DNA of 33,999 nt from Clostridiaceae bacterium (GCA_016295895.1 JAEDKI010000001.1:1-33999), one strand, 5' to 3'. Counted from the first letter of the stretch, positions 1-9,638 are shown. Notes: generated by a model not told the origin, from the letters alone. Translations and numbers: made by a program.

Positions 1-315
1 AACAATTTTATGGATTTTTTTAACGAACGGACAGGTTGCGTCGCAAATTTCAGAGCCAATGCCGATAAGCTCGTCATAAACGCTTTTTGCAACTCCATGG
101 GCACGGATAATGACGGTTTCATCTTTTTCTGCCTGAGAAGGAGAAGAAATAATTCTTATCCCCTTTTTTTCAAGCTCCGATGTTACAAATCCGTTATGAA
201 TCAGTTCGCCGAGAGTTGCGGCTTTTTTTCCTTTTTCGGCAAGCTCATAAGCCATTGTAACCGCTCGGTCAACTCCGAAGCAAAAGCCCGCTGTTTCGGC
301 AAGAGTTATTCGCAA
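1..315 (-). CDS. ispH: 4-hydroxy-3-methylbut-2-enyl diphosphate reductase, N-terminal part (runs off the left edge; may be the IspH-RpsA fusion common in Clostridia)
   Basis: Not in the ORF track. Manual translation from TTG at 315 gives MRITLAETAGFCFGVDRAV...LGELIHN...VIIRAHGV...DATCPFVKKIH, with the IspH motifs GFCFGV, IHN, RAHG and DATCP. Overlaps the plsC stop and sits in the usual position after cmk-plsC. Confidence 0.95.
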   Translation of the reverse strand, partial: MRITLAETAGFCFGVDRAVTMAYELAEKGKKAATLGELIHNGFVTSELEKKGIRIISSPSQAEKDETVIIRAHGVAKSVYDELIGIGSEICDATCPFVKKIHKIV

Positions 316-947
316 TGACCCATCTCCCAAAGCTCGATAATCTTATCCATAACAAAAGCGGCGGCATCTTTAATCTCGGTGCGGGTGCTGTCGTCATTCA
401 ATCCGAGTTCTTCAAAGCGGATTATGTTTCCGAAACGGATGGTAAGCTTTGTGTGCTTTTTCATATCGTCCGATGAATATATTGAAACCGGAAGAATATC
501 GGAATGTGCCTCTTTGGCTATTACGGCAACGCCTGATTTGGCTTTGGCGGGCTTATGGTCTTTTGAACGAGTACCCTCGGGGAAAATGCCGAGAATTTTG
601 CCTTCTTTAACAATTCTGATAGCGTAATTCATTGCCTCTGAATCTGCGCCGCCTCTGACAATCGGGAAACCGTTAACCGTTGAAAGAAACCATCTGATCA
701 TCTTATTTTCAAAAAGCTCTTTTTTGCCCATGAAATGAAGCTGTCTTTTCTTCATGCCGATTGCAATAAAAAGAGGGTCAAGAGCGCACATATGATTTGA
801 CGCAAGGATGAATCCTCCCTCTGCGGGAATATTCTCCGTTCCTATATATTCAATTTTATACTGTGTTCTGTTTACAAATTTGCCGAGCGGACGAAGAATA
901 TCATAAATTTTATGTTCTTCAATCTTTGAATAATCAAAGCCTTCCAT
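306..947 (-). CDS. plsC: 1-acyl-sn-glycerol-3-phosphate acyltransferase
   Basis: NHxxxxD (NHMCALD) and FPEGTRS acyltransferase motifs; located between cmk and ispH. Confidence 0.92.
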   Translation of the reverse strand: MEGFDYSKIEEHKIYDILRPLGKFVNRTQYKIEYIGTENIPAEGGFILASNHMCALDPLFIAIGMKKRQLHFMGKKELFENKMIRWFLSTVNGFPIVRGGADSEAMNYAIRIVKEGKILGIFPEGTRSKDHKPAKAKSGVAVIAKEAHSDILPVSIYSSDDMKKHTKLTIRFGNIIRFEELGLNDDSTRTEIKDAAAFVMDKIIELWEMGHCE

Positions 948-1624
948 TACACTTTCTCCTTAATGATTTTTATTAAGCTTTCAACAGACTTCTCAAGAGT
1001 CATTCCCGTTGTGTCAAGTAAAGCCGCATCATCTGCCTGCTTTAAAGGCGCAACTTCACGGTGAGAATCATTATAATCTCTTTTTATCAAATCTTCAAGC
1101 ACTTCTTCATATTTTACCGTGCTTCCCTTTTCGGAAAGCTCTCTGAATCTGCGCATTGCTCTTTCCTCGGGCGATGCAGTCAGAAATACTTTTACCTTGG
1201 CATTCGGTAAAACAACCGTTCCTATATCCCTGCCGTCCATTATACAGTTATTCTTTGACGCAATATTTCTTTGAAGATCAAACAGGAAATCTCTGACCTT
1301 CGGAACGGCGGAAACATCGGAAGCCGCCATTGATGCATCGGGAGTTCTGATTTCGGCAGATACATCTTCGCCGTTAAGCAAAACTTTCTGTTCTCCGTTT
1401 TCAAAAACAAGATTTACGCTGATATCGGAAAGGCTTTCTGCAACAGCCTGCCTGTCCTTTGTATCAATCTCGTTTCTCAGAGCATTAACGCCGACGGCAC
1501 GGTATAATGCACCCGTGTCAACATAAATATAGCCCATTGCTTTTGCCGCCGCACGGGAAACCGTGCTTTTTCCTGCACCTGCAGGCCCGTCAACAGCAAC
1601 ATTTATAATTTCACAACTCATCAT
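947..1624 (-). CDS. cmk: Cytidylate kinase
   Basis: VAVDGPAGAGKST P-loop, DTGALYR, MDGRDIGTVVLP, RDYNDSHREVAPL. Start may be 1624 or 1621 (ATGATG). Confidence 0.97.
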   Translation of the reverse strand: MMSCEIINVAVDGPAGAGKSTVSRAAAKAMGYIYVDTGALYRAVGVNALRNEIDTKDRQAVAESLSDISVNLVFENGEQKVLLNGEDVSAEIRTPDASMAASDVSAVPKVRDFLFDLQRNIASKNNCIMDGRDIGTVVLPNAKVKVFLTASPEERAMRRFRELSEKGSTVKYEEVLEDLIKRDYNDSHREVAPLKQADDAALLDTTGMTLEKSVESLIKIIKEKV

Positions 1625-2883
1625 CTCAGCTCCCTGCTGTTAATTATTTCTTCCGCCGCACTCTGACCCGCAAGCCTGCCGGTTGAGAACGCAATCTGAA
1701 GATTGAATCCGCCCGTGTAAGCGTCAACATCAATTACTTCACCGGCAAAATATAAGCCCTTGACCAGCTTTGATTCCATGGTTTTCGGATTGATTTGTGA
1801 AACATCAACACCTCCGGAGGTGATTATCGCCTCTGAAACGGGTCTGAAACCCGTAACGGTAACACAAAGCCCTTTAAGAAGCCTTACAAGTCCGTGTCTT
1901 TGTTCTTTTGTAATCTGATTCACCTTTGTTGAAATGCCGATTCCGCTGAGTCTGACAATAACGGGCACAAGCTTTTTCGGCAAAAGCGAATTCAAAGCAT
2001 TAATAAAATTCCTGTTTGTATTTTCGGAAAAATCTCTTAAAATTCGTGCATCAAGCTGTTCAAAATCAAGAGCGGGCTTTAAATCAATATAAATTTTATA
2101 TTTACCGCTTTTCATATCATGCATATGAGCGGATGCGCTCAGAATCATCGGGCCTGAAACGCCGAAATGAGTGAAAAGCATTTCTCCGAAATCCTCATAA
2201 ACGGTTTTGCCGTTTTCGGTGTCAACTACCTTTATTGCGCTGTTACGCAAAGAAAGCCCCATGAGCTCGGAGCAAAACCCCTCATGGATTTCAAGCGGAA
2301 CAAGAGACGGAGATATCGGAATAATGTTGTGACCCGCCTGCCTTGCAAGCTCATAGCCGTCACCTGTAGAACCCGTTGCGGGATAAGACATGCCGCCTGT
2401 TGCAACAATAATCTTATCGGCAAAAATTTCCTGCCCGTCCTCGGTTTTAACACCGGTTACACGGTCATCACAGCATAAAAGCTCAACTGCTCTGCCTTTC
2501 ATAAATCTTGCTCTGCGTTTTGCAAATCTTTCGAGCGAATCAACAATATCGGAAGCTTTATCCGAAACGGGAAAGACTCTGTTCCCTCTTTCGGTTTTAA
2601 GCTCAACGCCGCAATTTTCAAAAAATGCCATTACATCCTCCGGCATAAATCGTGAGAATGCGCCGTAAAGAAATCTGCCGTTTCTCGGAACATTTGAAAT
2701 CAGCTCCTGCAAAGATCGGCAATTGTTTGTGACATTGCATCTGCCTTTGCCGGTAATCATGAGCTTTCTGCCGGGGCGGTCATTTCGCTCAAGAACGATT
2801 GTTTCGGCTCCCATTTCGGAAGAAGTTCCCGCCGCCATCAATCCTGCCGCACCGCCGCCGACAACAAGCAAAGAGGTTTTCAT
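1621..2883 (-). CDS. HI0933/BaiN-family NAD(P)/FAD-dependent oxidoreductase
   Basis: GGGAAGL dinucleotide-binding motif, GRKLMITGKGRCNVTN, ATGGMSYPATGSTGDG, LFTHFGVSGP, GEVIDVDAYTGGFNLQIAFSTG. Confidence 0.93.
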   Translation of the reverse strand: MKTSLLVVGGGAAGLMAAGTSSEMGAETIVLERNDRPGRKLMITGKGRCNVTNNCRSLQELISNVPRNGRFLYGAFSRFMPEDVMAFFENCGVELKTERGNRVFPVSDKASDIVDSLERFAKRRARFMKGRAVELLCCDDRVTGVKTEDGQEIFADKIIVATGGMSYPATGSTGDGYELARQAGHNIIPISPSLVPLEIHEGFCSELMGLSLRNSAIKVVDTENGKTVYEDFGEMLFTHFGVSGPMILSASAHMHDMKSGKYKIYIDLKPALDFEQLDARILRDFSENTNRNFINALNSLLPKKLVPVIVRLSGIGISTKVNQITKEQRHGLVRLLKGLCVTVTGFRPVSEAIITSGGVDVSQINPKTMESKLVKGLYFAGEVIDVDAYTGGFNLQIAFSTGRLAGQSAAEEIINSRELR

Positions 2884-3752
2884 TCTCCGTCCTCCCCGCC
2901 TGTTCGGTAAACATGATATTTATCCCAAATCATTTCAAGCTTTTTGAAATCGTTATATACATCCTTATGCTTCTTTCTTGCCGAAGCCGCAATAAGAGCG
3001 CTTACAAGGCTGAACGGGGCAACAAGCGAATCAACAAGAGAAACCATGTTGCTTTTTGCAACAAGTAGATGTGTTGCAAACGGGGCAATCGGAGACATCT
3101 CTCCGTCGGTTACTGATATTATTGTTGCGCCCCTGTCTTTCGCAAAAGAAAGAGCATTAACAGTTTGATTTGAATATCTCGGAAAGCTTATTGCAATGCA
3201 GACATCCTCACTTCCTATACGGAACATCTGCTCAAAAAGCTCGCTTGCCGCTGAGGTGTCAATAAGAACGACATTGTCATAAAGAAATCTCAGATAAAAA
3301 GCCGCAAAGCTTGCAACGGAAGCAGAGCTTCTCACGCCGAGAATATATATCTTTTTTGCTGAATTGATTGCATCAACACTTTTGCTGAAAGCTTCACGGG
3401 AAACGCCGTCTCTTGTAGCCTTTATCATTTCAATATCAGCGGAGAGAGCCGTGTCAATAAAGTCGTCGCCGTCGAATCTGCTTGCCGCAACATCCATTCT
3501 CTGAACGCTCGTCAATTGGCTTTTAACCATTTCCTGAAGATACTTCTGAAGCTCCGGATAGCCTTTAAAACCGATATTGGCGGCAAAACGGACAACAGTT
3601 GATTCGCTTACTCCGACGGCTTCTCCGAGACCAGCGGCGGTCATAAAAGAAGCTTTTTCATAATTCTCTTTTATATAATCGGCAATTTTTCTGTTGCCTT
3701 TTGAAAGTGAACCGTAAACAGCGTCTATTTTTGCCTGAAAGTTTTCTGACAT
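2880..3752 (-). CDS. MurR/RpiR-family transcriptional regulator (HTH + SIS)
   Basis: VGVSESTVVRFA...GFKGYPELQ HTH; SIS domain with IYILGVRSS, ISFPRYS and VTDGEMSPI; ATGA overlap with the next gene. Confidence 0.93.
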   Translation of the reverse strand: MSENFQAKIDAVYGSLSKGNRKIADYIKENYEKASFMTAAGLGEAVGVSESTVVRFAANIGFKGYPELQKYLQEMVKSQLTSVQRMDVAASRFDGDDFIDTALSADIEMIKATRDGVSREAFSKSVDAINSAKKIYILGVRSSASVASFAAFYLRFLYDNVVLIDTSAASELFEQMFRIGSEDVCIAISFPRYSNQTVNALSFAKDRGATIISVTDGEMSPIAPFATHLLVAKSNMVSLVDSLVAPFSLVSALIAASARKKHKDVYNDFKKLEMIWDKYHVYRTGGEDGE

Positions 3753-3782
3753 AATCTATCTCTCCAAAGCTCAGATATTTTG

Positions 3783-3811
3783 ATTTTACACCAAAAGCAA
3801 ATAAATTGCAA
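3783..3811 (-). promoter_or_regulatory. Putative sigma-A promoter of the rpiR-cmk-plsC-ispH operon
   Basis: Minus strand TTGCAA (3811-3806), 17 nt, TAAAAT (3788-3783). Confidence 0.55.
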
Positions 3812-3858
3812 GAAATTTTTATTAATACAATTATTATTGATATAAAAATATTTATAGA

Positions 3859-3887
3859 TTGACTACCGCAAAGCCATAGTGTATAAT
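3859..3887 (+). promoter_or_regulatory. Putative sigma-A promoter of the GH95-HAD unit
   Basis: TTGACT (3859-3864), 17 nt, TATAAT (3882-3887); GGAG RBS before ATG 3925. Confidence 0.7.
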
Positions 3888-3924
3888 GATTAAAAATTAA
3901 ATTTAATGAGATTGGAGAACATTT

Positions 3925-6216
3925 ATGGCAACGGGAACCACTCTTTTTTATACCTCTCCGTCAAAGGCTTGGACTCAAAGCCTGCCTATCGGAAACGGAA
4001 CTCTGGGCGCAATGATATTCGGAACTCCTAAAAAAGAATTACTGTGCTTAAATCACGATGAGCTTTGGACGGGAACTCCGAAAAATACCGTTAAAGACGG
4101 AGCGCCCGAATCCTTTAAAAAAGCAACAGATCTTGCTCTTGACGGCAAGCTTAACGAGGCGCAGGAAGAAATTGAAAAGAATTTTCAAAGTGTCTGGAGT
4201 CAGGCTTATATGCCGCTCGGAGATCTGGATATTGATTTTTCTATTAAAGGCAGAATCAAAGACTACAAAAGAAGTCTTGATCTTGAAAATGCTGTTTCAA
4301 AAGTTGAATTTTCTTGCTCCGGGATAAAATATAAGCGAGAGTATTTTGCGTCTTATCCTTCAAAAGTTATAGCCGCAAAGCTGACATGTGACGGCGGAAA
4401 AATGAGCTTTTCGGTTGGTCTGAGCACAAAGCTCAAAGGAAACAGCTTTGCAGAAAACAACTGCGTTATTCTCGACGGAGAATGCCCGGGAGAAAACAAT
4501 GTTAACAATAATGTGGCTAAAAAGGCTTATTATGATGAACCTCAAAAGAGAGGAATCAGATTCAGAGCTGCGGTCAAGGTCATTACAGACGGCAGAACAG
4601 AATGCACGGAAAACCGTTTAACAGTTTCTGACGCAACGGAAGCAGTATTATTTTTTACCTGTGAAACAAGCTTCAACGGCTGGAATAAGCACCCTTATCT
4701 TGAAGGAAAAGAATACATTGACACCTGCATGGAGAGAATTGAATCCGTCAGGGATTACGAAGCGGTCAAAAGAGAACATATTAAAGACTATTCCGAATTA
4801 TTCGGCAGAGTATCTTTTGATATCGGCGGCGGCAGAGACGATATTGCGACTGATAAGCGACTTGTTCTTTTCAAAAAGGACAAAAATGATAATTCTTTAA
4901 TTACATTAATGTATAACTACGGCAGATATCTTTCAATTTCATCGTCAAGACCCGGCTCACAGCCGTCAACGCTTCAGGGAATATGGAACGACAAAATATC
5001 TCCTCCATGGAATTCAAATTATACGGTTAATATAAATACCGAAATGAACTATTGGCCAGTTCTCATGTGCCGTATGCCCGAAGTTAACCTTCCCCTCGTT
5101 GAAATGATTAAGGAACTTAGCATCAGCGGTGAAAAGACAGCCGCCGGGCAATACGGCGCAAAAGGCTGGGTTGCTCATCATAATGTCGATCTTTGGAGGC
5201 TTTCTACTCCCGTTTCGGGCAATGCACAATGGGCATTCTGGCACGGTTCATCCGGTTGGTTATGCAGACATCTTTTTGAGCATTATGAATACACAAACGA
5301 TATTGATTTTCTCAAAGAGACTGCCTATCCGATTATGAAAAAGGCGGCTGAATTCTATCTTGACATAATGACCGAGTATAACGGAATGCTTGTTCTTGCT
5401 CCAGGAACTTCTCCCGAAAATTCATTTGAATATCAGGGCAGAGTTTGCAGCGTCGGAAAATACAGCACAATGTCAATGACCATCGCCCGTGAGCTTTTTG
5501 AGAACTGCATCAAATGCTGTGATATATTGAATATCGATTCTGATTTTGAGCAAAAGCTTAAAGATACTCTACCGAAAATGGCAGGATTTAAAATCGGAAG
5601 CGACGGTCAGCTTCTTGAATTTGACGATGAATATCCCGAAACCGAACTTCATCACAGACATTGTTCTCATCTTTACGGCCTTCATCCCGGAGAAATGATA
5701 TCTCCGGATAAAACTCCGGAGCTTGCCGCCGCATGCCGCAGAACGCTTGAACGCAGAGGAGACAACGGCACAGGCTGGAGCCTTGGCTGGAAAATCAACT
5801 TCTGGGCAAGACTTTTTGACGGTGATCACGCATTAAAGCTGATTGAAATGCAGCTCAGACCCGTTAAAAGCATTTGTAAATTCCGAATGAGCGGTGGCGG
5901 AACATATGAAAACCTCTTTGACGCCCATCCCCCGTTCCAGATTGACGGCAATTTCGGCTTTGTGAGCGGAATAACGGAAATGCTTATGCAGAGCCACGAG
6001 GACAGAATTTATATTCTTCCCGCATTGCCTTCAAAATGGAAAGACGGAAAAATCAGCGGTCTGCTTGCAAAAGGCGGAGTTACGGTTGATATTGAATGGA
6101 AAGGCGGAAAGGCTGTCACCTATACTCTTGAAGGCAAAGGAAATTACACGGTTATTATCGGCAAAAAAGAAATTCCCGTTGTATTAAACGGCGAAAGGAT
6201 TACATTCAATGTCTGA
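3925..6216 (+). CDS. Glycoside hydrolase family 95 (alpha-L-fucosidase-like), cytoplasmic
   Basis: [79 protein letters not shown]. Catalytic N-x-N, E and D positions appear intact. No signal peptide. Confidence 0.95.
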   Translation: MATGTTLFYTSPSKAWTQSLPIGNGTLGAMIFGTPKKELLCLNHDELWTGTPKNTVKDGAPESFKKATDLALDGKLNEAQEEIEKNFQSVWSQAYMPLGDLDIDFSIKGRIKDYKRSLDLENAVSKVEFSCSGIKYKREYFASYPSKVIAAKLTCDGGKMSFSVGLSTKLKGNSFAENNCVILDGECPGENNVNNNVAKKAYYDEPQKRGIRFRAAVKVITDGRTECTENRLTVSDATEAVLFFTCETSFNGWNKHPYLEGKEYIDTCMERIESVRDYEAVKREHIKDYSELFGRVSFDIGGGRDDIATDKRLVLFKKDKNDNSLITLMYNYGRYLSISSSRPGSQPSTLQGIWNDKISPPWNSNYTVNINTEMNYWPVLMCRMPEVNLPLVEMIKELSISGEKTAAGQYGAKGWVAHHNVDLWRLSTPVSGNAQWAFWHGSSGWLCRHLFEHYEYTNDIDFLKETAYPIMKKAAEFYLDIMTEYNGMLVLAPGTSPENSFEYQGRVCSVGKYSTMSMTIARELFENCIKCCDILNIDSDFEQKLKDTLPKMAGFKIGSDGQLLEFDDEYPETELHHRHCSHLYGLHPGEMISPDKTPELAAACRRTLERRGDNGTGWSLGWKINFWARLFDGDHALKLIEMQLRPVKSICKFRMSGGGTYENLFDAHPPFQIDGNFGFVSGITEMLMQSHEDRIYILPALPSKWKDGKISGLLAKGGVTVDIEWKGGKAVTYTLEGKGNYTVIIGKKEIPVVLNGERITFNV

Positions 6217-6805
6217 AAATGTTTTTGACCTCTATGATTTTGATAAAACGGTTTATCCTCACGATTCGGAAACGGTTTTTCTGTTTTACTGTATTCTTCA
6301 CAGACCTTATCTGATTCTGATTACTCCCTGGCTTGCGATTAATCTTTTGCTTTTCTTTCTCGGCTTCGGCGACAGCTTCAAGGGTAGATGCTTTTCGTTT
6401 CTGCGTTTTATTGACGGAGAAAAAATGGCAGAAAGGTTTTGGGAAAAGGAACAGAAAAAAATTTATCCGATATTTGAGCCGAAAGACCGGAAAAGACCCG
6501 TTGTTGTTTGCTCCGCTTCTCCCGAATTCTTCTTGAAACCGATTTGTGACAAATTAAAGGTTCACACTCTTATTGCAACAAGAATGAATCCGAAAACAGG
6601 CAAAATAATCGGATATAACTGCAAAGATAAACAAAAACCGCTCAGAATCAAAGAAGCTCTGCCCGATGCAAAATTTATTAATGTCTATTCTGACTCTTTA
6701 AAAAACGATATACATATCTTTGAACTCGGAGAACGATGCTTTCATGCAAAAAAAGGCAAGCTTGAGGAAATGAGTCTTGATGAGATAAGAGATAAACTGA
6801 AATAA
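6209..6805 (+). CDS. HAD-superfamily (HAD-IB-like) hydrolase/phosphatase
   Basis: Motif I DFDKT, motif II SAS, motif [10 protein letters not shown]; hydrophobic segment near the N terminus; 8-nt overlap with the GH95 gene. Confidence 0.85.
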   Translation: MSENVFDLYDFDKTVYPHDSETVFLFYCILHRPYLILITPWLAINLLLFFLGFGDSFKGRCFSFLRFIDGEKMAERFWEKEQKKIYPIFEPKDRKRPVVVCSASPEFFLKPICDKLKVHTLIATRMNPKTGKIIGYNCKDKQKPLRIKEALPDAKFINVYSDSLKNDIHIFELGERCFHAKKGKLEEMSLDEIRDKLK

Positions 6806-6807
6806 TT

Positions 6808-6850
6808 AAATGAGCCGTGACGATGCATAAAATCGTTGCGGCTCATTTTT
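6808..6850 (+). terminator. Intrinsic terminator after the HAD gene
   Basis: AAATGAGCCGTGACGAT-loop-ATCGTTGCGGCTCATTTTT stem-loop with T tail, 2 nt after the stop. Confidence 0.75.
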
Positions 6851-6889
6851 CGGAAAATTCAGGTTATAATTTGAACGGGTGATATTTAT

Positions 6890-7492
6890 ATGAAATACAT
6901 TATTATATTCAGCGTTATATCATATCTTATCGGAAGCATTAATCCTGCATTGATAATTTCTAAAAAGCTATACGGAACAGACTTAAGAACACAAGGCAGC
7001 GGAAATGCCGGAGCAACGAACGCTCTGAGAGTTCACGGCAAAAAAGTCGGATCGGCTGTGCTTGCATTCGATTTTTTTAAAGCATTTTCGATTGTTTTGA
7101 TTGCAAAATGCTTTGTTTCCTTTGGAAACGCACCTTATGTCAGCGTTCTTTTTTCGGGCTTCTTTGTTCAGCTCGGTCATTCTTTTCCCGTTTTCTTCAG
7201 CTTTAAAGGCGGAAAAGGCGTTGCGTGTGCCGCAGGAGCGGCAACAGCGTTATTTCCGCTTACGGCACTGATTCTTATTGCAATATTTGCAGTTATTGTT
7301 CTGATTTCAAAAAAAGTATCCATCGGCTCGTTAATAACCGCAGGTGTATATCCCCTGATTGTTTCTCTTTTCAGCTCGGAAAACAGATATTTTAATTTCA
7401 TCTTTGCCGCTTCCTGTGCCGCATTGATAATTATCAGACACTTGCCGAACATTGTCCGTATTCTTGACGGAAATGAGAAAAACATTATCTGA
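6890..7492 (+). CDS. plsY: Glycerol-3-phosphate acyltransferase PlsY
   Basis: SYLIGSIN, DLRTQGSGNAGATNALR, GHSFPVFFSFKGGKGVA, IIRHLPNIVRILDGNE; polytopic membrane protein. Confidence 0.95.
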   Translation: MKYIIIFSVISYLIGSINPALIISKKLYGTDLRTQGSGNAGATNALRVHGKKVGSAVLAFDFFKAFSIVLIAKCFVSFGNAPYVSVLFSGFFVQLGHSFPVFFSFKGGKGVACAAGAATALFPLTALILIAIFAVIVLISKKVSIGSLITAGVYPLIVSLFSSENRYFNFIFAASCAALIIIRHLPNIVRILDGNEKNII

Positions 7493-7516
7493 TTATTTCT
7501 GAATAAGCATTAATAT

Positions 7517-7541
7517 AAGAACAGTCTGTTACTGTTTTTTT
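7517..7541 (+). terminator. Weak intrinsic terminator after plsY
   Basis: AACAGT-ctgtt-ACTGTT followed by a T run; the stem is short. Confidence 0.4.
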
Positions 7542-7559
7542 AACAATGCCCCGTTTCGG

Positions 7560-7588
7560 TTGACATTAAATAACCGAAAAAGTATAAT
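7560..7588 (+). promoter_or_regulatory. Consensus sigma-A promoter of the surface protein gene, overlapped by an 8-10-8 inverted repeat
   Basis: TTGACA (7560-7565), 17 nt, TATAAT (7583-7588); TTTCGGTT-N10-AACCGAAA at 7554-7579. Confidence 0.85.
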
Positions 7589-7724
7589 GATATTGCTTTG
7601 AAGATTTATGCGATTTTTCAATTTTAAGGCATCGGAGGGGGAACCGTTTTAAGCGGTCAAACGCCTAAAAAAGATTAATCAATAAATCTTTGAAAAAATT
7701 CATTAAAACGGAGGACAAAAATTT

Positions 7725-9491
7725 ATGAAAAACAGAATGAAAAGCTTTTTGGCCATTGCTCTTGCTCTGGCTTTCGTTCTGACGACCACACCCCTTATCG
7801 GCTTTGCCGCAAAAACCATTACGGTGAGCGGCACCAGCTTCGGAACCGACGCTGAATCGAAACCCGTAACAACTGCCGATGTTGAAACGGGAGACACTAT
7901 TTCAGGCGGTTATTTTTATGTAACCGTTAACGGCGTTAAGGATGAAACAACAGCCAACTACGGCTCAGAATCATTCAAGGGCTTAACCGGAAATGCTGAC
8001 GCTGCCGTCGAGAGCGGTAATACTTATTATAACAGTTACACCGTTCCCGCCGCTCCTGCGGGCTTCAAGTCAATCGGCACGGCAACCATTTCCGCTAACA
8101 GCGATTATGTTAACACAAATACTGCTCTTGAATCAGGCAACACCGTTGCAATCGTTTTTAATCCGATTGAATACAGCGTTGCTTATGACCTTGGTGAAGG
8201 CACGGGAAGCATTGAAACCACAAATGCAAAATACGGTCAGGATTTCGCTCTCCCCACAGCAGACAAGGTAACTCTTGAAGGCAAGGTTCTCAGCGGATGG
8301 AATACTGCTCAGGACGGCTCGGGAACAAACTATGCTCCCGGCGCAAATGTCAGCAACCTCACGGCAAATGACGGTGAAAGAGTTGTTCTTTATGCGCAGT
8401 ACAGCGATAACAACGCCGACTACACCGTAACTTATTATACTGCTGAAAACGAGCAGTTCGGCGAGCCTCAGACATATAAGGCTGGCGATAAAATTACCCC
8501 TCCCGCAGCCCCCGAAAAAGTTGGATTCACCTTTAACGGCTGGATTCTCGGCACAACCGAAAGCGGCGTTATCGCTCTTCCCGAAACCATGCCTAGCGAG
8601 AATCTTAAGGCTTATGCATCATGGACCGTAAATGAATATAAGGTTACCTACATGAGCGACGGAGAAGAGATTTCTTCCTCAACCGTTCCTTACGGTTCAG
8701 ACATTTCCTCAACAATCCCCTCCGACCCCACAAGCGAAACAAGCGTATTTGCAGGTTGGTTTGATTCTGAAGGCAACAATGTTTACAGCTATGCAACCGT
8801 TCCCGCAAAAGATATCGTATTTACCGCAAAATGGCTCAGAAACGGCAATGTCGTTTACATGGTTGACGACAAGACCTATGAGACCTATGAAGTAACCGAG
8901 GGCGAAAAGATTCCCGTTCCCGAAGATCCCGAAAAGTTCGGTCAGAAATTTGTCGGTTGGGATCCAGAGGTTCCCGAAACAATGCCCAATGAAGACCTTA
9001 CTTTCAATGCACAGTTTGAAGTTGATAAAGAGTTTGTAACTCTCGTTATCGGCGGAACTGTTATTGCAGGCGGAATCATTGCCGCTATCGCAGGTGCAGG
9101 CGCAGCTGCCATTACAGGCGTTGCAATTGTAGGCGGAGTTATTGCAATCATAGGTGCTGCAACAGTTATCAGCAAGACTCATACGGTAACCTATAAGGTT
9201 GACGGCGCTGTTTATAAGACCTACAAGGTAATGGAAGGCAAGAGCATTCCCGTTCCCGCTGACCCCTCAAAGGACGGCTATGAGTTTGCAGGCTGGAATC
9301 CCGAAGTTCCCGAAAAGATGGGTAATTCAGATCTCACTTTTGAAGCTGAATGGGATCAGATAAAAGAAGTTGAAGACGGTGAAATTCCGTCAACAGGTTC
9401 AGCAAAAATAGGCATTGCGGCTTTTGCTGCTCTTGCGGCTTCCGCAGCTGCTGCAATCATTATCGCAAAGAAAAAGAAAAACGATAAATAA
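7725..9491 (+). CDS. Secreted, probably sortase-anchored protein with five InlB B-type (Listeria-Bacteroides) repeats and an internal hydrophobic segment
   Basis: GGAGG RBS; signal peptide MKNRMKSFLAIALALAFVLTTTPLIGFA; five repeats of the form YxVxY...P.K.G..F.GW...P..DL...A.W; C-terminal IPSTG, hydrophobic helix, then KKKK. Confidence 0.85.
   Translation: MKNRMKSFLAIALALAFVLTTTPLIGFAAKTITVSGTSFGTDAESKPVTTADVETGDTISGGYFYVTVNGVKDETTANYGSESFKGLTGNADAAVESGNTYYNSYTVPAAPAGFKSIGTATISANSDYVNTNTALESGNTVAIVFNPIEYSVAYDLGEGTGSIETTNAKYGQDFALPTADKVTLEGKVLSGWNTAQDGSGTNYAPGANVSNLTANDGERVVLYAQYSDNNADYTVTYYTAENEQFGEPQTYKAGDKITPPAAPEKVGFTFNGWILGTTESGVIALPETMPSENLKAYASWTVNEYKVTYMSDGEEISSSTVPYGSDISSTIPSDPTSETSVFAGWFDSEGNNVYSYATVPAKDIVFTAKWLRNGNVVYMVDDKTYETYEVTEGEKIPVPEDPEKFGQKFVGWDPEVPETMPNEDLTFNAQFEVDKEFVTLVIGGTVIAGGIIAAIAGAGAAAITGVAIVGGVIAIIGAATVISKTHTVTYKVDGAVYKTYKVMEGKSIPVPADPSKDGYEFAGWNPEVPEKMGNSDLTFEAEWDQIKEVEDGEIPSTGSAKIGIAAFAALAASAAAAIIIAKKKKNDK
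8844..9353 (+). repeat. Diverged internal duplication (repeats 4 and 5 of the surface protein) flanking the hydrophobic segment
   Basis: VDDKTYETYEVTEGEKIPVPEDPEK..FVGWDPEVPETM..DLTF versus VDGAVYKTYKVMEGKSIPVPADPSK..FAGWNPEVPEKM..DLTF. Shared DNA blocks include ATTCCCGTTCCCG and GTTCCCGAAA. Boundaries approximate. Confidence 0.8.
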
Positions 9492-9510
9492 TATCTGAGT
9501 AATATTTACG

Positions 9511-9543
9511 GCAGACCGCTTTAATCGGCGGTCTGCTTTTTTT
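9511..9543 (+). terminator. Intrinsic terminator
   Basis: GCAGACCGC-8 nt-GCGGTCTGC followed by T7. Confidence 0.9.
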
Positions 9544-9609
9544 AATCCATGTGTCTGAAATACAATATTTATTTATCTTAAAAAGCTATAGTTTTTTTCA
9601 TCAAAAATA

Positions 9610-9638
9610 TTTACAAATAAAAATTGAAATATTATAAT
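9610..9638 (+). promoter_or_regulatory. Putative sigma-A promoter of guaA
   Basis: TTTACA (9610-9615), 17 nt, TATAAT (9633-9638). It overlaps the ORF-track start at 9637, favouring the ATG at 9682. Confidence 0.65.

Noticed and set aside
10..318. 102-aa plus-strand ORF
   Set aside because: It is the antisense shadow of ispH, which has strong motifs on the minus strand.
2880..3924. RpiR regulator as the dedicated regulator of the divergent GH95 gene
   Set aside because: It is translationally coupled to the HI0933-cmk-plsC-ispH housekeeping operon, an arrangement I recognise from Clostridia regardless of the neighbour; no clear operator was found.
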